Shown here: piece after piece, positions 37,933 through 54,481 of the stretch | How positions within the stretch are numbered: position 1 is the first letter of the stretch | Layout: the number at the start of each line of letters is the position of its first letter | Assembly (NCBI RefSeq): GCF_000711695.1 | Contig: NW_013547012.1 | Span: 1-64,000 of the forward strand | Origin: Tilletiaria anomala UBC 951 | Taxonomy: Eukaryota | DNA: 64,000 bases | Direction of reading: 5' to 3' | Position numbers and translations under genes: made by a program | Notes under the pieces: generated by a model | What the model was told of the DNA's origin: nothing | Databases searched by the model: none | What the model saw: the letters and a program-made list of their open reading frames with translations, nothing else

Positions 37933-38633
37933 CTACGCCTTGATGATGCCCTTCTCGATCAGGTAGTGGGCGATGACCTTGACGGCGTCCTCGACACTCG
38001 TCTTGTCCGCATCGATGTGGATCTCAGGTTTCTGCGGCCGCTCATACGGCGCATCTTCGCTGATGCCCGTGAAGCTCTTGATCTCTCCCTTGCGAACTTT
38101 GGCGTACAAGCCCTTGGGATCGCGCCGCTCGCACTCGGCCAGCGAGGCGTCGACGAAGATCTCGATGAACGGGAGCGCCGGCTTGTGCGACGTGTGCAGC
38201 TTCCGCGCCAGCTCCCGGTCCGCAGCATAAGGCGAGATGAAGGAAGTCACGCACAGCGAGGCGGAGTCAGCGAACAGTAGGGAAACCTGAAGGGCAGAGG
38301 CGAGTCGAGCGTCAGCGACTGAAGACGGACGAGGGCGGAGTTCAATGGTTAGCAAGAACGCACCTCTCCGATCCTTCGAATATTCTCCTCGCGGTCCTTC
38401 TGGCTGAAGCCTAGGTCTTTGTTGAGGCCAAAGCGGATGTTGTCGCCATCGAGGCGGTAGGCATGCAGCCCGCGGTGGAGGAGATATTGCTCGAGCGCCG
38501 TGGCGATCGTCGACTTGCCCGACGCGGAGAGCCCGGTGAGCCAGAGCGTCGCGCCGGTCTGCGCGCGCAGGAACGAGCAGCGCTCCGCGTGCGTCACGTT
38601 GCCAGGGTGGAAGGTGATGTTCGTCGCCATCAT
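37933..38633 (-). CDS. MET14: Adenylyl-sulfate (APS) kinase
   Basis: P-loop [49 protein letters not shown]. Intron 38287-38363. Confidence 0.96.
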
Positions 38634-38811
38634 GTCGGGTCAGGCTGTGCTGTGCTGTGTTGCAGGTGGAAGTTCCAAGGGCATGTCCAGGTCAACTTGT
38701 CGCACAGCATGTAAAACTCCGTTGGCGCCACATCAATAACGTCATTGCATAGCGATGGGAGGTGAGCGATCCGACGGAGAAAAGCTATTTGCCAGAATCG
38801 GTGCAATTGGA

Positions 38812-38838
38812 TGAGAACTGAGAACTGAGAACTGAGAC
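38812..38838. repeat. Heptamer tandem repeat (TGAGAAC)x3 + TGAGAC in the MET14/ARO1 divergent promoter
   Basis: tgagaac tgagaac tgagaac tgagac read directly. Confidence 0.85.
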
Positions 38839-38995
38839 GACTCGGGGAATGTGGGAAAACTGCAAGAAGTACTCCGAAGACTTGCCGATCCCGCCAGGAA
38901 GACCGTAATCAATATACCTTTCCCCCAAGTCACGCACGGGGAGCAACGAAAGGCCAGCAAGGATCACCCTTGGAATAAGCGGGACCTGCGCATAG

Positions 38996-44508
<5,513 letters not shown>

Positions 44509-44852
44509 TGCAGTCGATAAGGAGCACACACGGTAATGGGACGCGACGGGTGACGATACAGCATTTGCAAACGAGACTGTGGGGCGCGCGTCTTCCTCTA
44601 CTCTACTCTCGTAAATGGAAGCCAAAAGAAGAAGAAAATGGATATCCCATGAATAGATTGATGCTCTAGTTTGGTTCGGCTGGCTGTGATATGCGCAAGC
44701 TCTCACGCAAGAGTGATAAGCGGGTGAAGGTGGAGCCTGCGCCTGGGACTGGGACTGGGACTGGGGCGGCGCTTACATACGTGGGCATGTATGTATATGT
44801 TTGCATGCACATGGCGCAATGTCTATGAAAGGAGGAGGAACGGCGGCCTGCT

Positions 44853-46016
44853 TCACTCTGTCTTCTCAACCTTCGCCTTGGGATCCGAACCGGCGTCGGG
44901 GACGTCGTGCAAGGGGTCGTCCTCGAGCTTTGGGGCGCGGTAGCTACCGCCGAGGCGGTCGCAGCCGGTAAAGTACTGGCCATAGTTGACGGAGAAGTAG
45001 AGGTGGTGCAGCGTGTGGTGGCTCGGGCCGTTGATGAACTTCTCCAGGGGTGAGTTGCAGATCATGTCGCTGTCGTGGATTAAAATGGACCAGAGGTTGA
45101 CAAAGACAAAGAGGCCAATGTACAGGGTGCGATGTAGGGGGAAGAGGAAGACGAAGATGTGGTAGGGGAGCGACTGAGCGTACCCGTCGAGCGGGTGGAA
45201 GGCGTGCGAAGCAAACGGACTGGGGACGAGCCACTTGTGGTGGGGCTTGTGCACATGCTTATACAGGCGCGGGTGGTGCTCGAGGCGGTGGACCCAGTAG
45301 ATGCACGCGTCGGTGAAGAGCAGGAAGAAAGGCGTGCTGATGAGCGCAGCATAGGTCCAGCCGTGCAAGCCGAACCAGCGGTCGGCCCAGGGCCCCTGGT
45401 TGATGTGTGAGTAGAGCCGGCTGTGCCCGCGGACCTCTGCAACGAACCAGGGCAGGGTGAGTGCGTCGAGAACAGGGAAGGCGCGCAGCGACGCGGCGAT
45501 CTCGAGGCGGACCTGGTTCTTGAGGAAGCGCGGGTGGCGCAGCATGGCCTTGTTGAAGAGGAAGCGGTAGCTGAGCCCGGCAAAGAGAAAGTAAAGCAGG
45601 AGGATGCCGACGTAGGTGATCGCGTAGAGCGAGAGCGACTGGCGCAGTATGCTCGAGCGCGGTAGCGCACTCAGATGCGACACGGCGGGCCAGTCGAGCG
45701 CGGCGTACGCTGTGTCCGGCAGCGGGGTGTCTGCTATCCGCGCTACATCTACTGCTGGGATCGAGTGGGAAGCGGGCCAGGCGGCCCTTGCGAGCGTGCT
45801 AGTGAGGTTGTGCAGAAAGCCCTTGGCACCGGCGGCGCCGGCAATGCGCGTGTGGGCGGCGTGCGCGAGGGTGGCATGGGTCTGCCCATCGGCGAGAAAG
45901 GCGCTTAGCAGCGCGGGAGAGCGGCGCAGCAGCGGTGAGCTGGGCGAGGCGGGCAGCACGACGGCGTAGAGCGCGTCGAGGACGTACTCGTCAAAGTAAT
46001 GCAGCACGACGTCCAT
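44853..46016 (-). CDS. ERG3: C-5 sterol desaturase
   Basis: His boxes YWVHRLEHHP, HKPHHKW, HHTLHHLYF, plus SHAFHPLDG and NYGQYFT. First ATG is at 46016; the ORF-track start at 46049 is TTG. No intron. Confidence 0.95.
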   Translation of the reverse strand: MDVVLHYFDEYVLDALYAVVLPASPSSPLLRRSPALLSAFLADGQTHATLAHAAHTRIAGAAGAKGFLHNLTSTLARAAWPASHSIPAVDVARIADTPLPDTAYAALDWPAVSHLSALPRSSILRQSLSLYAITYVGILLLYFLFAGLSYRFLFNKAMLRHPRFLKNQVRLEIAASLRAFPVLDALTLPWFVAEVRGHSRLYSHINQGPWADRWFGLHGWTYAALISTPFFLLFTDACIYWVHRLEHHPRLYKHVHKPHHKWLVPSPFASHAFHPLDGYAQSLPYHIFVFLFPLHRTLYIGLFVFVNLWSILIHDSDMICNSPLEKFINGPSHHTLHHLYFSVNYGQYFTGCDRLGGSYRAPKLEDDPLHDVPDAGSDPKAKVEKTE

Positions 46017-46167
46017 CGTTGTGGTCGCCGAAGGCGGCGAGGAAGGCAACGAGAGGAGTTGAGCTGCAGAGTGCGAGCGAGGCTGGAGGCAGGAAGCTCA
46101 AGGCGCTGGCGAGGCGAGCGTGCTTGTGGGGTATAAAAGTGCGTGGCGATGCGATGCTACAAGCCAC

Positions 46168-46359
46168 TCGTATACGACGCATGAGCATTTCCTTGACGAT
46201 GTTACAGTCGAGTACACTCCAATACCCACAGACAATGTCGTACATGACTCCCTCTACTAGGCAGAAACATTTCACACACCCGCCACACCACACAGACACA
46301 GTGCCAGCAGGCACGAGAAGAAAAGGAAACCCGCAGATCGTCAGATCACATCGCATGAT
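46168..46359. promoter_or_regulatory. Candidate sterol-regulatory elements upstream of ERG3
   Basis: Perfect palindrome TCGTATACGA at 46168-46177. ATCGTCAGAT at 46337-46346 and ATCGCATGAT at 46350-46359 (SREBP-like ATC-N4-GAT). Confidence 0.35.
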
Positions 46360-46892
46360 AACCCAGACAAGAGTGGCATGACTTTTTGCTAGACTCTCCT
46401 CGTGCCGCCATCGTCAGGGGACCAGCGCGCACCGGCACCTGCACCGGCACTGCACCACAGCGCAGTGCTGCCTTACACACCACGGCACACACCGAGTCCC
46501 GCAGACTTCTGAGACTGCTGCCGTCGGACCTTGGTCTTGTCGGCGTGCCGCACAGACGGACACCTCTGGGATGCTTAAAAGGGTTGGGCTATCGAAATGC
46601 ACCGAATTAGATGGGATGGTGTCGGATCGCTGCAACCCTACTGTCATCACCCAAGTAGATCTATCTCTATCGCACGAGATGCACCGAATGCTCCGCAGCG
46701 CAACATGACACACCTTGCCCCTTCCCGAAAGGATAGGTTGATATATACCATGTACATACACATGATACAATCACGCTCGTCCTCTCATCCTTCTTCAAGG
46801 TCGTCTACGGTCCAGTCAAGCCTGCCCTTCCGCCGCTTGTACCAGTAACGCCAGCTCATTGTTCACCCTCCTCCCCCAGCAGCAGGCTGGCC

Positions 46893-47366
46893 ATGACCGC
46901 CTGGCGCCCACTCCCCCGTTTCCTTCGGCAGCAAGCTTTCTCTCCGTCTTTGTCCTTTTCCTTCTCCGCGCCGACGACGACCTCACTCGCCAGGATGTCC
47001 TCAAGCACAACGCCGCCTACCGCCACGGACACAGACGGCTCGCTGGAAGCGTCGATGCGCGCCAAGCTCGCCGCCGCGCTCGCACCACTGCACACGCTGC
47101 GCATCCGCAACGACAGCAGCAAGCACGCGCACCACGCTGCGATGGTCGCTGCGCGCGCGCAGGCCGCCGCGACGGTGTCTCGGCTTGAAACGCACTTCTT
47201 CGTTGAAGCCGTCTCGGGCGCGTTCAACGGGCTCAGTAGCCTGCAGCGCCACCGCATGGTCCATGCGCTGCTCAGCGACGAGTTCCAACGCCGCGGGCTC
47301 CATGCGCTCAGCCTCAGGCTCAAGACGCCCGACGAGGTCGAGAAGGAGAAAGCCGCACAGCAGTAG
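46893..47366 (+). CDS. BolA-like protein (Bol1-type), probably mitochondrial
   Basis: Motifs LRIRNDSSKHAHHAAM, ETHFFVEAVSGAFNGLSSLQRHRMVHALLSDEF, GLHALSLRLKTPDE, preceded by a presequence-like N-terminus. Confidence 0.92.
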   Translation: MTAWRPLPRFLRQQAFSPSLSFSFSAPTTTSLARMSSSTTPPTATDTDGSLEASMRAKLAAALAPLHTLRIRNDSSKHAHHAAMVAARAQAAATVSRLETHFFVEAVSGAFNGLSSLQRHRMVHALLSDEFQRRGLHALSLRLKTPDEVEKEKAAQQ

Positions 47367-47869
47367 AGCGGCAGCTGCTGCAGGTCTTCCCAAGCAAGCA
47401 GACCCCTTCATCATCATCATCAGCACCAGCAGCATCGACTGACAAGGTCGGGCACGGCCTACAAGGCTGCCTGTCTCCATGCGCCGCCCTCCCTCCCGTC
47501 GAGCGAAGCGCAACGCCTTACCCAAGCATTGCACCCGGCGCGCGCATCCGTGGCGCCTCGGCGCTCCCAGAAGCACACGCGCACACTCATTCTCAACCGC
47601 TCGCTCAGAAGCCACGTGTCACCGTCGTGCCTTGGTCCATGGCGCACCGCCCGCCATAGTTTGGCTCTTACCGTACTTCGCAACATTCCTCACTGGTGCT
47701 GAGCCAGGCTGTCCGCTGGCTGCGCTTTCATTTTGGGGTGGAAGCTTTTGTGTCCACGAGCATATACTACATGTCTCATATATAGAGAAATAGATCGGAT
47801 GTAGGGCAATTGGGTGATGTGACCTGACATGGCGGCATGATGCATCAATTCACGACCTTTATTGCTCTT

Positions 47870-48345
47870 TTAAGAAAACTCTTTCTTGGCTGCACATTGA
47901 CCCGACAAACCCATGGCCTGCGATCCCCGGTGCTCAGAAAACGAGCGAGTGGGGAGAGACGGGGTGAGCGGGCTTCGATAGAGCCGTACCCTGGTGTATT
48001 ACCCTGTGCTCCGCGGTGTTGTGCGATACTGTGCTAGAGTGAGCACACTAGCGCACGCGAGCGACGATCCCTCGCAGATCCACCAACACCGCCCGGAGAC
48101 GGTAGCCTTCCTTCCGCCTTCCCGGCGAGATCGAGGGCAAACCCGATTCGCCGCACAAAAAGGGAACGCGGAGGGAAAGTTGCCGCATGCGGGCATCGAT
48201 CGATCTGCCTAAGCGTCCATCCGCCGGCCCATTCTCTGCCTGCGACCCCAGCTGATGACGAAACGAGCATGGCGAGTATCCAAGGAATATCAACACGCCG
48301 CACGCTCGGACCGCAGCGAGTACAGGGTTGTGAAGAACTTTTCAC
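47870..48345 (+). ncRNA. Candidate highly structured non-coding RNA domain (unassigned)
   Basis: Contiguous nested helices with repeated G-U pairs on the + strand, e.g. 48001-48011/48318-48328, 48013-48021/48084-48092 and a rod at 48100-48185. It sits in a 1.75-kb gap between convergent genes with no credible ORF. Confidence 0.4.
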
Positions 48346-48371
48346 TGCGTCTTTCGTGGTCGTGGTCGTGA

Positions 48372-48499
48372 TGGAAGAGGAGAAAGAGAAGAAGAGAAGA
48401 AAAGGAAGAAATGGCGAAGGAGAAAAATATACCAGGAGCGGAAGCGTTCACTTGGACAACCAAGAAAAGAAAGAAAGTAAAAGAATAAAGAATAAAAAG
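48372..48499 (+). repeat. Purine-rich (GA/AAG) low-complexity tract
   Basis: gaagaggagaaagagaagaagagaagaaaaggaagaaa ... aagaaaagaaagaaagtaaaagaataaagaataaaaag. Confidence 0.8.
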
Positions 48500-49120
48500 C
48501 CATCCGCGCTCCGCAACAGTCTCATTCATTCTATCGTCTATGGTTACGTCGAATGGCCTCCTAATGGAGTTGAATGCCGGCCGTCGATAGGGTCTCCCAC
48601 ACGGCTAACAACTAACTGACAGGCACGACGTAAAAAACACCCAGATATTCGCACCCCCAGTAGGGTCGAAGACGGTCCCGCAACAAACCAAGCTTCAGCA
48701 TCAACGCTCACGAATGGCGTGCGGTGCATTGCACACCGTGGGCGTTTGCCAACGCTCGATCGCCGCGACAAGACACAGTCGCTGGAAGGTAGATTGCAAG
48801 CCGGTCCAAACCCCGCTTGGCAGGCTAGGACTGCCCTGCCCTGCGCATCCGCACAGCTCACCTCACATCACCATCGTCATGAACGCACACCTGCAAATGG
48901 CACAGGCGCGAGACTGCAGGAAGGGCTCGCGTATTCGTAACCGTGTCAGAGGGCGAGATCAGACGCGCGCACGTGAGCGCGACGGAGGCTACTGCACAAG
49001 CGGCCAAGGGGCACGGGGGCGTGATGGCAAATGCAGTGTATCATACGCTTGCGGTGCGTTGGATGCCATCTTATCGTACAAACTCTCCTGGCCCGCCCAG
49101 CGGCACCTGCCTCGAGACGC

Positions 49121-50149
49121 TCAATTGATCGCCTCTACGAGCGGCTTGAGTTCCTCCTCCTTGAGTATCCTGAACTGCCCGCTCGGCCTGCCGTCCTCGC
49201 TCGTGCGCGGGGTGACGACGGCGAGCTGCACGTTCTTCTCGTCCAGTTTCTCCTCCATCACTTGCTTTAGCACCCGTAGCGTCAGCAACTCTGCGTCGTG
49301 TAGGGACATGTCCTGAAGGAGGGAAAAACGGAAAAAGGAGGTTTGGGAGTCAGCTTGAAAGGTCGAAGGACCGACTTAGACTCTAGCGATGTGCCGCGTA
49401 CCTTTGTGTACTTTTCCTGCAGCTCTCCTTGCGCGCCTTCTGAGCCGCTCCCAATTGCTTTCGCATCGAATCGCACGAATGTCCCTGACGGATCGGCATG
49501 GTAGCTGCACGCAGAGAAGGAAAGCACAATTCATGGTCATTATGAAGAAGGGAACGGGAGTGAGGCAGAGAGGCTCACAGTTGCGGCCCTAGTTCGTCAA
49601 TCCCCGCGATGAGCAATGCGACACCGAATGGCCGACTCATCATCGCCTCGTCATCCTCTGTCGACTCTCCGAAGCGCAGCGCCAGATCGCACACTGCCTG
49701 CGTCACCGATGAGACTTTGATCTCCTCGTCGTACGTGAATGCATGGTTCTGACTAGTGACGCGAGCATGGTCGATCATGGTCCTTGCATCGGCTACGAGC
49801 CCGCTCATCGCTGCGCCGAGATGCTTGTCGATCTCCATGATCTTCTCGATGCTAGACGACTCGAGCAGGCTGGAATGCACGCGCTTCTCCACACCTAGCA
49901 CCACGCCCTCTTTGGTGGAGATGCCGATTGTCGTCGAGCCGAGCTTGATTGCCTCGATGGCATATTCGACTTGGAACAGGCGCCCCTCTGGTGAAAAAGT
50001 GTTCACACCGCGGTCTGCAAGCAAGAGCCCCCCCATGCAGCGAAGCGACGTTGCGCCGAGCGGGTCGTCAGCGCCGTGTGCGGCCACTGCTTGTGCGCCC
50101 ACCCGTGGGCGTGAGGATACTCACCGTATTCGGATCTGGTTAGAAACAT
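49121..50149 (-). CDS. PUP2: 20S proteasome subunit alpha5
   Basis: [36 protein letters not shown] and [13 protein letters not shown]. Exons 50149-50125, 50014-49579, 49504-49402, 49312-49121. Confidence 0.97.
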
Positions 50150-50745
50150 GGCTGCAGCTTCCGATTATGGCCGGGTTGGGTGTTCTCTCTCGAGCGGCTG
50201 CACACAATCTCGAAGCTGCTCTGAGTGATGATGGCAGTTGCCAATCGAGAGCGATCTATACATGAAGGCAGCTGACTGCTGAGTATCTGCCACATAGAAG
50301 AACGCGTATGCGACATGCAACTCGCGGACTAGCAACGATGCGGCGTGCAGTTCCGCCCCTCCTATTCATAACCGCGCACACTGGCAGGGCGTGAGCCCGT
50401 GCGCGCGTGATGGTGCTGTCCTCAGTCCTGCTGCTTGCATGCTGGACGTAAGGTGCTTCAGTTTCTAGCTCGCAACACACCCTGCCTATATCCAGCAGCC
50501 TGTTTCTGGGCACATCGACTGGTCGAGACGAGACGATCATCGGGCGCTGTGCAGATTCCTGCGGGGCCGCAAGCTGCGAGCTACCTCTGTGTGTGCATTG
50601 CGAAGCGGGCCAGAGCCATCCCAACCTGCTCCTTATTCCGGCATCCTGTGTGATACCCCCCTCCCCCCCGGGGGTCTAGGAAGCACCTTGTGCACACTGC
50701 TGCTCACTCTTCGCGCGAAAGACCGGATCACGCTCAACGCCCAAG

Positions 50746-52380
50746 ATGGTAAGTCGGGATTGGATGAGGTCCGCCGAGCGACAAAAGCTAATAATCGTGC
50801 TCGTCATACGTCACGACGCGGCAGAACTGGGATCTAGAAGATGTGTAAGTCTCAACACCCAACCCCTTGCCCTGTCCGCCAAAGTCGAAAGGAGTAGAAG
50901 CTGACGCTAGGGACGTCTTGCAGCGGCAATCGCCTTTCCAACCTGACCATGTACGATGTCAAGGAGCTTTACCGCTCGGCGCGCAACTACGCCTTCAACA
51001 TCTCCGAGCTGGAAGCCAAGGTGGACGAGGCTACGAATGACGATCCCTGGGGCGCCTCCACCACGCTGATGGCGGAGATCGCCCAAGCGACGCACAACTA
51101 CGCCGATTTTGGCGAGATCATGCAGGCCATTTACAGGCGTTTCATGGAAAAGGAGGCAAACGAGTGGCGACAGATCTACAAGGTGCGTACACGAGGGAGT
51201 GCGGATTGTATGCGGTGTGACGCTGCTCAACCCCTTTACTCTGCCACAGTCTTTAACCCTCCTAGAGTACCTGGTAAGGAACGGCGCAGAGCGTGTTGTA
51301 GACGACGCGCGCTCGCACCTATCGACGATCAAGATCCTACGTAACTTTCACTACATCGATGAAAAGGGGAAAGACCAGGGACTCAACGTTCGCAACCGCG
51401 CCAAAGAGCTTGCTGAGCTTTTAATGGACGTCGAGCGCATCCGCACAGAACGTCGCAAGGCACGGCAGAACAAGAACAAGTACCAAGGCACGGGTAATAC
51501 CGACTTTGTCCCTGGTAGCGGAGCAGGCAGGTACGGCGGCTTCAGCAGCGAGCAGTACTACAGTGGCGGCGTCGATCGCTACCCCGGTGCTAGCGGAAAT
51601 GGGAGTGGAGGTGGAGGCGGCTCGGCGGCTAGGCAGAGCTTCGAAGAGTATGATGCAGGTGGTTGCGAAATCAGAAGTGGCGGCGGTGGTGGTAGTAGGA
51701 GACGTGCTGGCGAAAGCTCTTCGGCGAATACCGAGGCTGCACCGAAGCCCCAAACTGTCGTGCAGGATCTATTCAGCTTCGACGACGATCCACCTGCAAC
51801 AGCAACAGCATCCTCCAGTGCGGCTGCAGCCGTCGATGACTTCGATGACTTTCAAGCGGCGCCGCCTTCAAGTGCGACGCCTGCTGCCGCAGGCATCGGA
51901 AAGAAGGTCACCGCTGCTGCGCCAAATGGAGGCGACATCTTCGACTTCCTCGGCGGAAATAATGGCGCAGCTCCTGCGCCTGCACAGTCTCGCCCGGCAA
52001 CAGGCGGTCGGCCAGCAGGCCTGGCCGCTCAGCAGCAGCCGCTAGCGCCTACGCGCAACAACACGACCTCCTCCTTCTCCAGCAGCGCTGCTGCTGGCGC
52101 CTCGAAACCTGCACAGACAGCAGCCGCGTCCCACGCTTCTTCATCGACTACTGCGTCGATCAACTTTGACGACCTCTGGGCATCCTCTGCAGGTAAATCC
52201 ACCGCCGGCGGGGCGGGAAACAACAAGCCCGCCAAAATGTCCATGGCGGAAATGGCCAGGAACCAGTCCGCGAACAACGTCTGGGGGCCCGCAGCCACTG
52301 CCAAGCCGCCCATGGGCGCGCACACGCCTGCCGCTGGCGCCGGCGCCGGGCAGAAAAAGGACATTTTCGATTTGCTGTAG
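50746..52380 (+). CDS. ENT3: ENTH-domain epsin, Ent3/epsinR type
   Basis: Exons 50746-50748 (ATG only), 50825-50844, 50924-51182, 51250-52380 give MNWDLEDVGNRLSNLTMYDVK...EATNDDPWGAS...EWRQIYKSLTLLEYL...DQGLNVRNRAKEL. The tail has DLFSF, DDFDDF and DIFDLL motifs. Confidence 0.92.
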
Positions 52381-52708
52381 TTCATTTTCCCCCGCCCTTG
52401 CAACCTGGAACAGTCTTTTACAGCTTTGTGCCTTTCTTATAGATTCTCCTTCAGCGGACATGGCATATTGTGGTACATTGCACGCAGCCACAGTGACTAC
52501 TGACTTAGGCCAGATCCTCTGCTTTTGCGATTCACTTTAGCACCATTGCGGAAGTCTTTGGCCTCGGGCTGTGCAATGTCCGCTCACCACTGCGAGCATA
52601 GCCGGGAGGCTTCGTAAGCGCATCTCAGCCGACAAGGGCTCTCCATTTCGCAGCTAGTAGAGTGATTCGCGAGCAGTTTGCAACCACCTGTAATTGCATG
52701 GGACAAAT

Positions 52709-54092
52709 TTACCCGTCAATCGTTACAACAATTTTACCGACGTTCTTGTTCGCCTCCATTTCGCGGTGCGCCTCTTGAATATCCTCCCACGCGTAGACCT
52801 TGTGAATGACCAGGCTGTGCGGCCGCAACTTGTCGTTGCCGCCCACTCCTGACTCTTTGGAGACACCGGCAATGATCTTGTCGAGGCCACCTGAACGAGA
52901 GTCGAGATGAGATGTAAGTCAGCTGCCGCTTGCCCTCCGCTCGCCAAATGCAACGATTGAAGCACAGAATGTATACACCTTCTTTGAGAAAACTTTGCAC
53001 CAGCTCGCCCTGGTATTCCACTGTCCTGCTACGGAGGGTGCTGCCCTCGATACGCAAGCGCTTGAAGATGATGGGGCCGATGTTGCCGTCCTTTACCTTG
53101 ATGCCGCCCATGGCGCCCTGTATGACAAGGCGTCCATCACGCTTGAGCGAAGCGATGTTGCTATTCCAATAACTTGCGCCGATAAAGTCCATAATGACGT
53201 CGGCACAGCCTTCTGTTTTTCCTGCGCAAGTGTACTTGGCGAGCTCCTCGGCCCAATCGCAGGCTTTGTAGTTGAACGCCTTGTCGGCCCCGGCCGTCTG
53301 CTCGCAGAATCGACACTTCTCCTCACTGCCAGCTGTAGCGTAAACGTTGCGGGCGCCAAAGTCCCGCGCGAGCTGTTGTGCGGCGAGCCCGACACCTGAA
53401 GCACCTGCGTGCACCAGCACGTCTTCTCCGGGCTGCAGGTTTGCGATCGGGCGCAAGGCCTGGAAAGCTGTGAGCCAATTTTCAGGAATGGCAGCTGCCT
53501 GGACATGTGAGAGAGCGGCAGGCTTGTGTAGTAACAAGTTGGACTTGACCACAATGTATTCTGCATATGCACCGCCGAGAGCGAGTCCAAACACCTCGTC
53601 CCCTTTTTTGAAGTCATCTGACAAGCCGCTACCGCTGTGCTGACTCTTGGCTTCGGAGCCAGCCTGCACGACGCGTCCGCTGAATTCGACGCCCATGATC
53701 TCGGGCGCACCAGGCGGCAGAGGGTACTGGCCATTGCGCTGAAGAATGTCCATGCGGTTGACGCCAAACGCCTTGATTCGCACAAGCACCTCGTTTGGGT
53801 CTTTCAGCTGCGGAACCGGTGCACTGCCGATGTAGAGCGCATTGAGGTCCCCTTTGCCGCCCTTGACTAGGATGGCACGCATCTCCCCGCCTTGCGGGCC
53901 GGCCACGGACATGTTGCGTGAAGAGATGGATATGATTGACAATGATGTGCTTGGTGGAATCCTCAACACGCCCCTTGCCGATGACTGTGACAAATTGCGC
54001 AGCCAACCTGCAATGGAAAGTGATGATGGCGGAGTGAAGCGCAATGGGGCAGCGGCACAGAGGAGCCTCCTGGCAGCAGCAGGTGAGGCCAT
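52709..54092 (-). CDS. NADPH:quinone oxidoreductase (zeta-crystallin/PIG3-like MDR)
   Basis: Motifs AFGVNRMDILQRNGQYP, GVEFSG, GGAYAEY, IPENWLTAFQAL, VLVHAGASGVG, GSTLRSR. Intron 52891-52978 gives a C-terminus ...AHREMEANKNVGKIVVTIDG*. Alternative ATGs at 54092, 53912 and 53882. Confidence 0.92.
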
Positions 54093-54481
54093 AAGGTCGG
54101 GCCGCTCGCACCTGTTAAACAAGGCCGGCGGTAGCAGCAGAAGCAGAATCAGACGCAAGAGGACGACACCAGTTCTCTTACTCGCTGCAATGCAAATGGT
54201 ATATATAGACTGGGTCTAGGCGTGCTCGTTGCCTTAGGATGGAGCGATGTCATCGATGGTCTGTCCATCGGATTCCCACCGGATTTTCTGTATGGGACTC
54301 TCCCGTTCCCCGAGCCGCTGGGACCATTGTGCGGGGTAGTCCGCGGAGAATCCCTTACATATCCAGCCTATCGTAAACCCTCAGATGCCCTCGCCATTCG
54401 TTTTCGTTGTCTGCCACATGTAGCTGATATTTCAGCATATGGCAGTTGATGCGCCTCGTGGTATGAATGATACAGCTGTGA

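Noticed and set aside
48252..48264. CTGATGACGAAAC resembling a hammerhead ribozyme core
   Set aside because: Only one nucleotide separates CTGATGA and GAAA, so stem II cannot form, and I found no matching stems I and III.
48281..48290. ATATTCCTT (minus strand) resembling the snR30/U17 m1 motif
   Set aside because: No m2 (AAACCAT) or properly placed ACA downstream on that strand.
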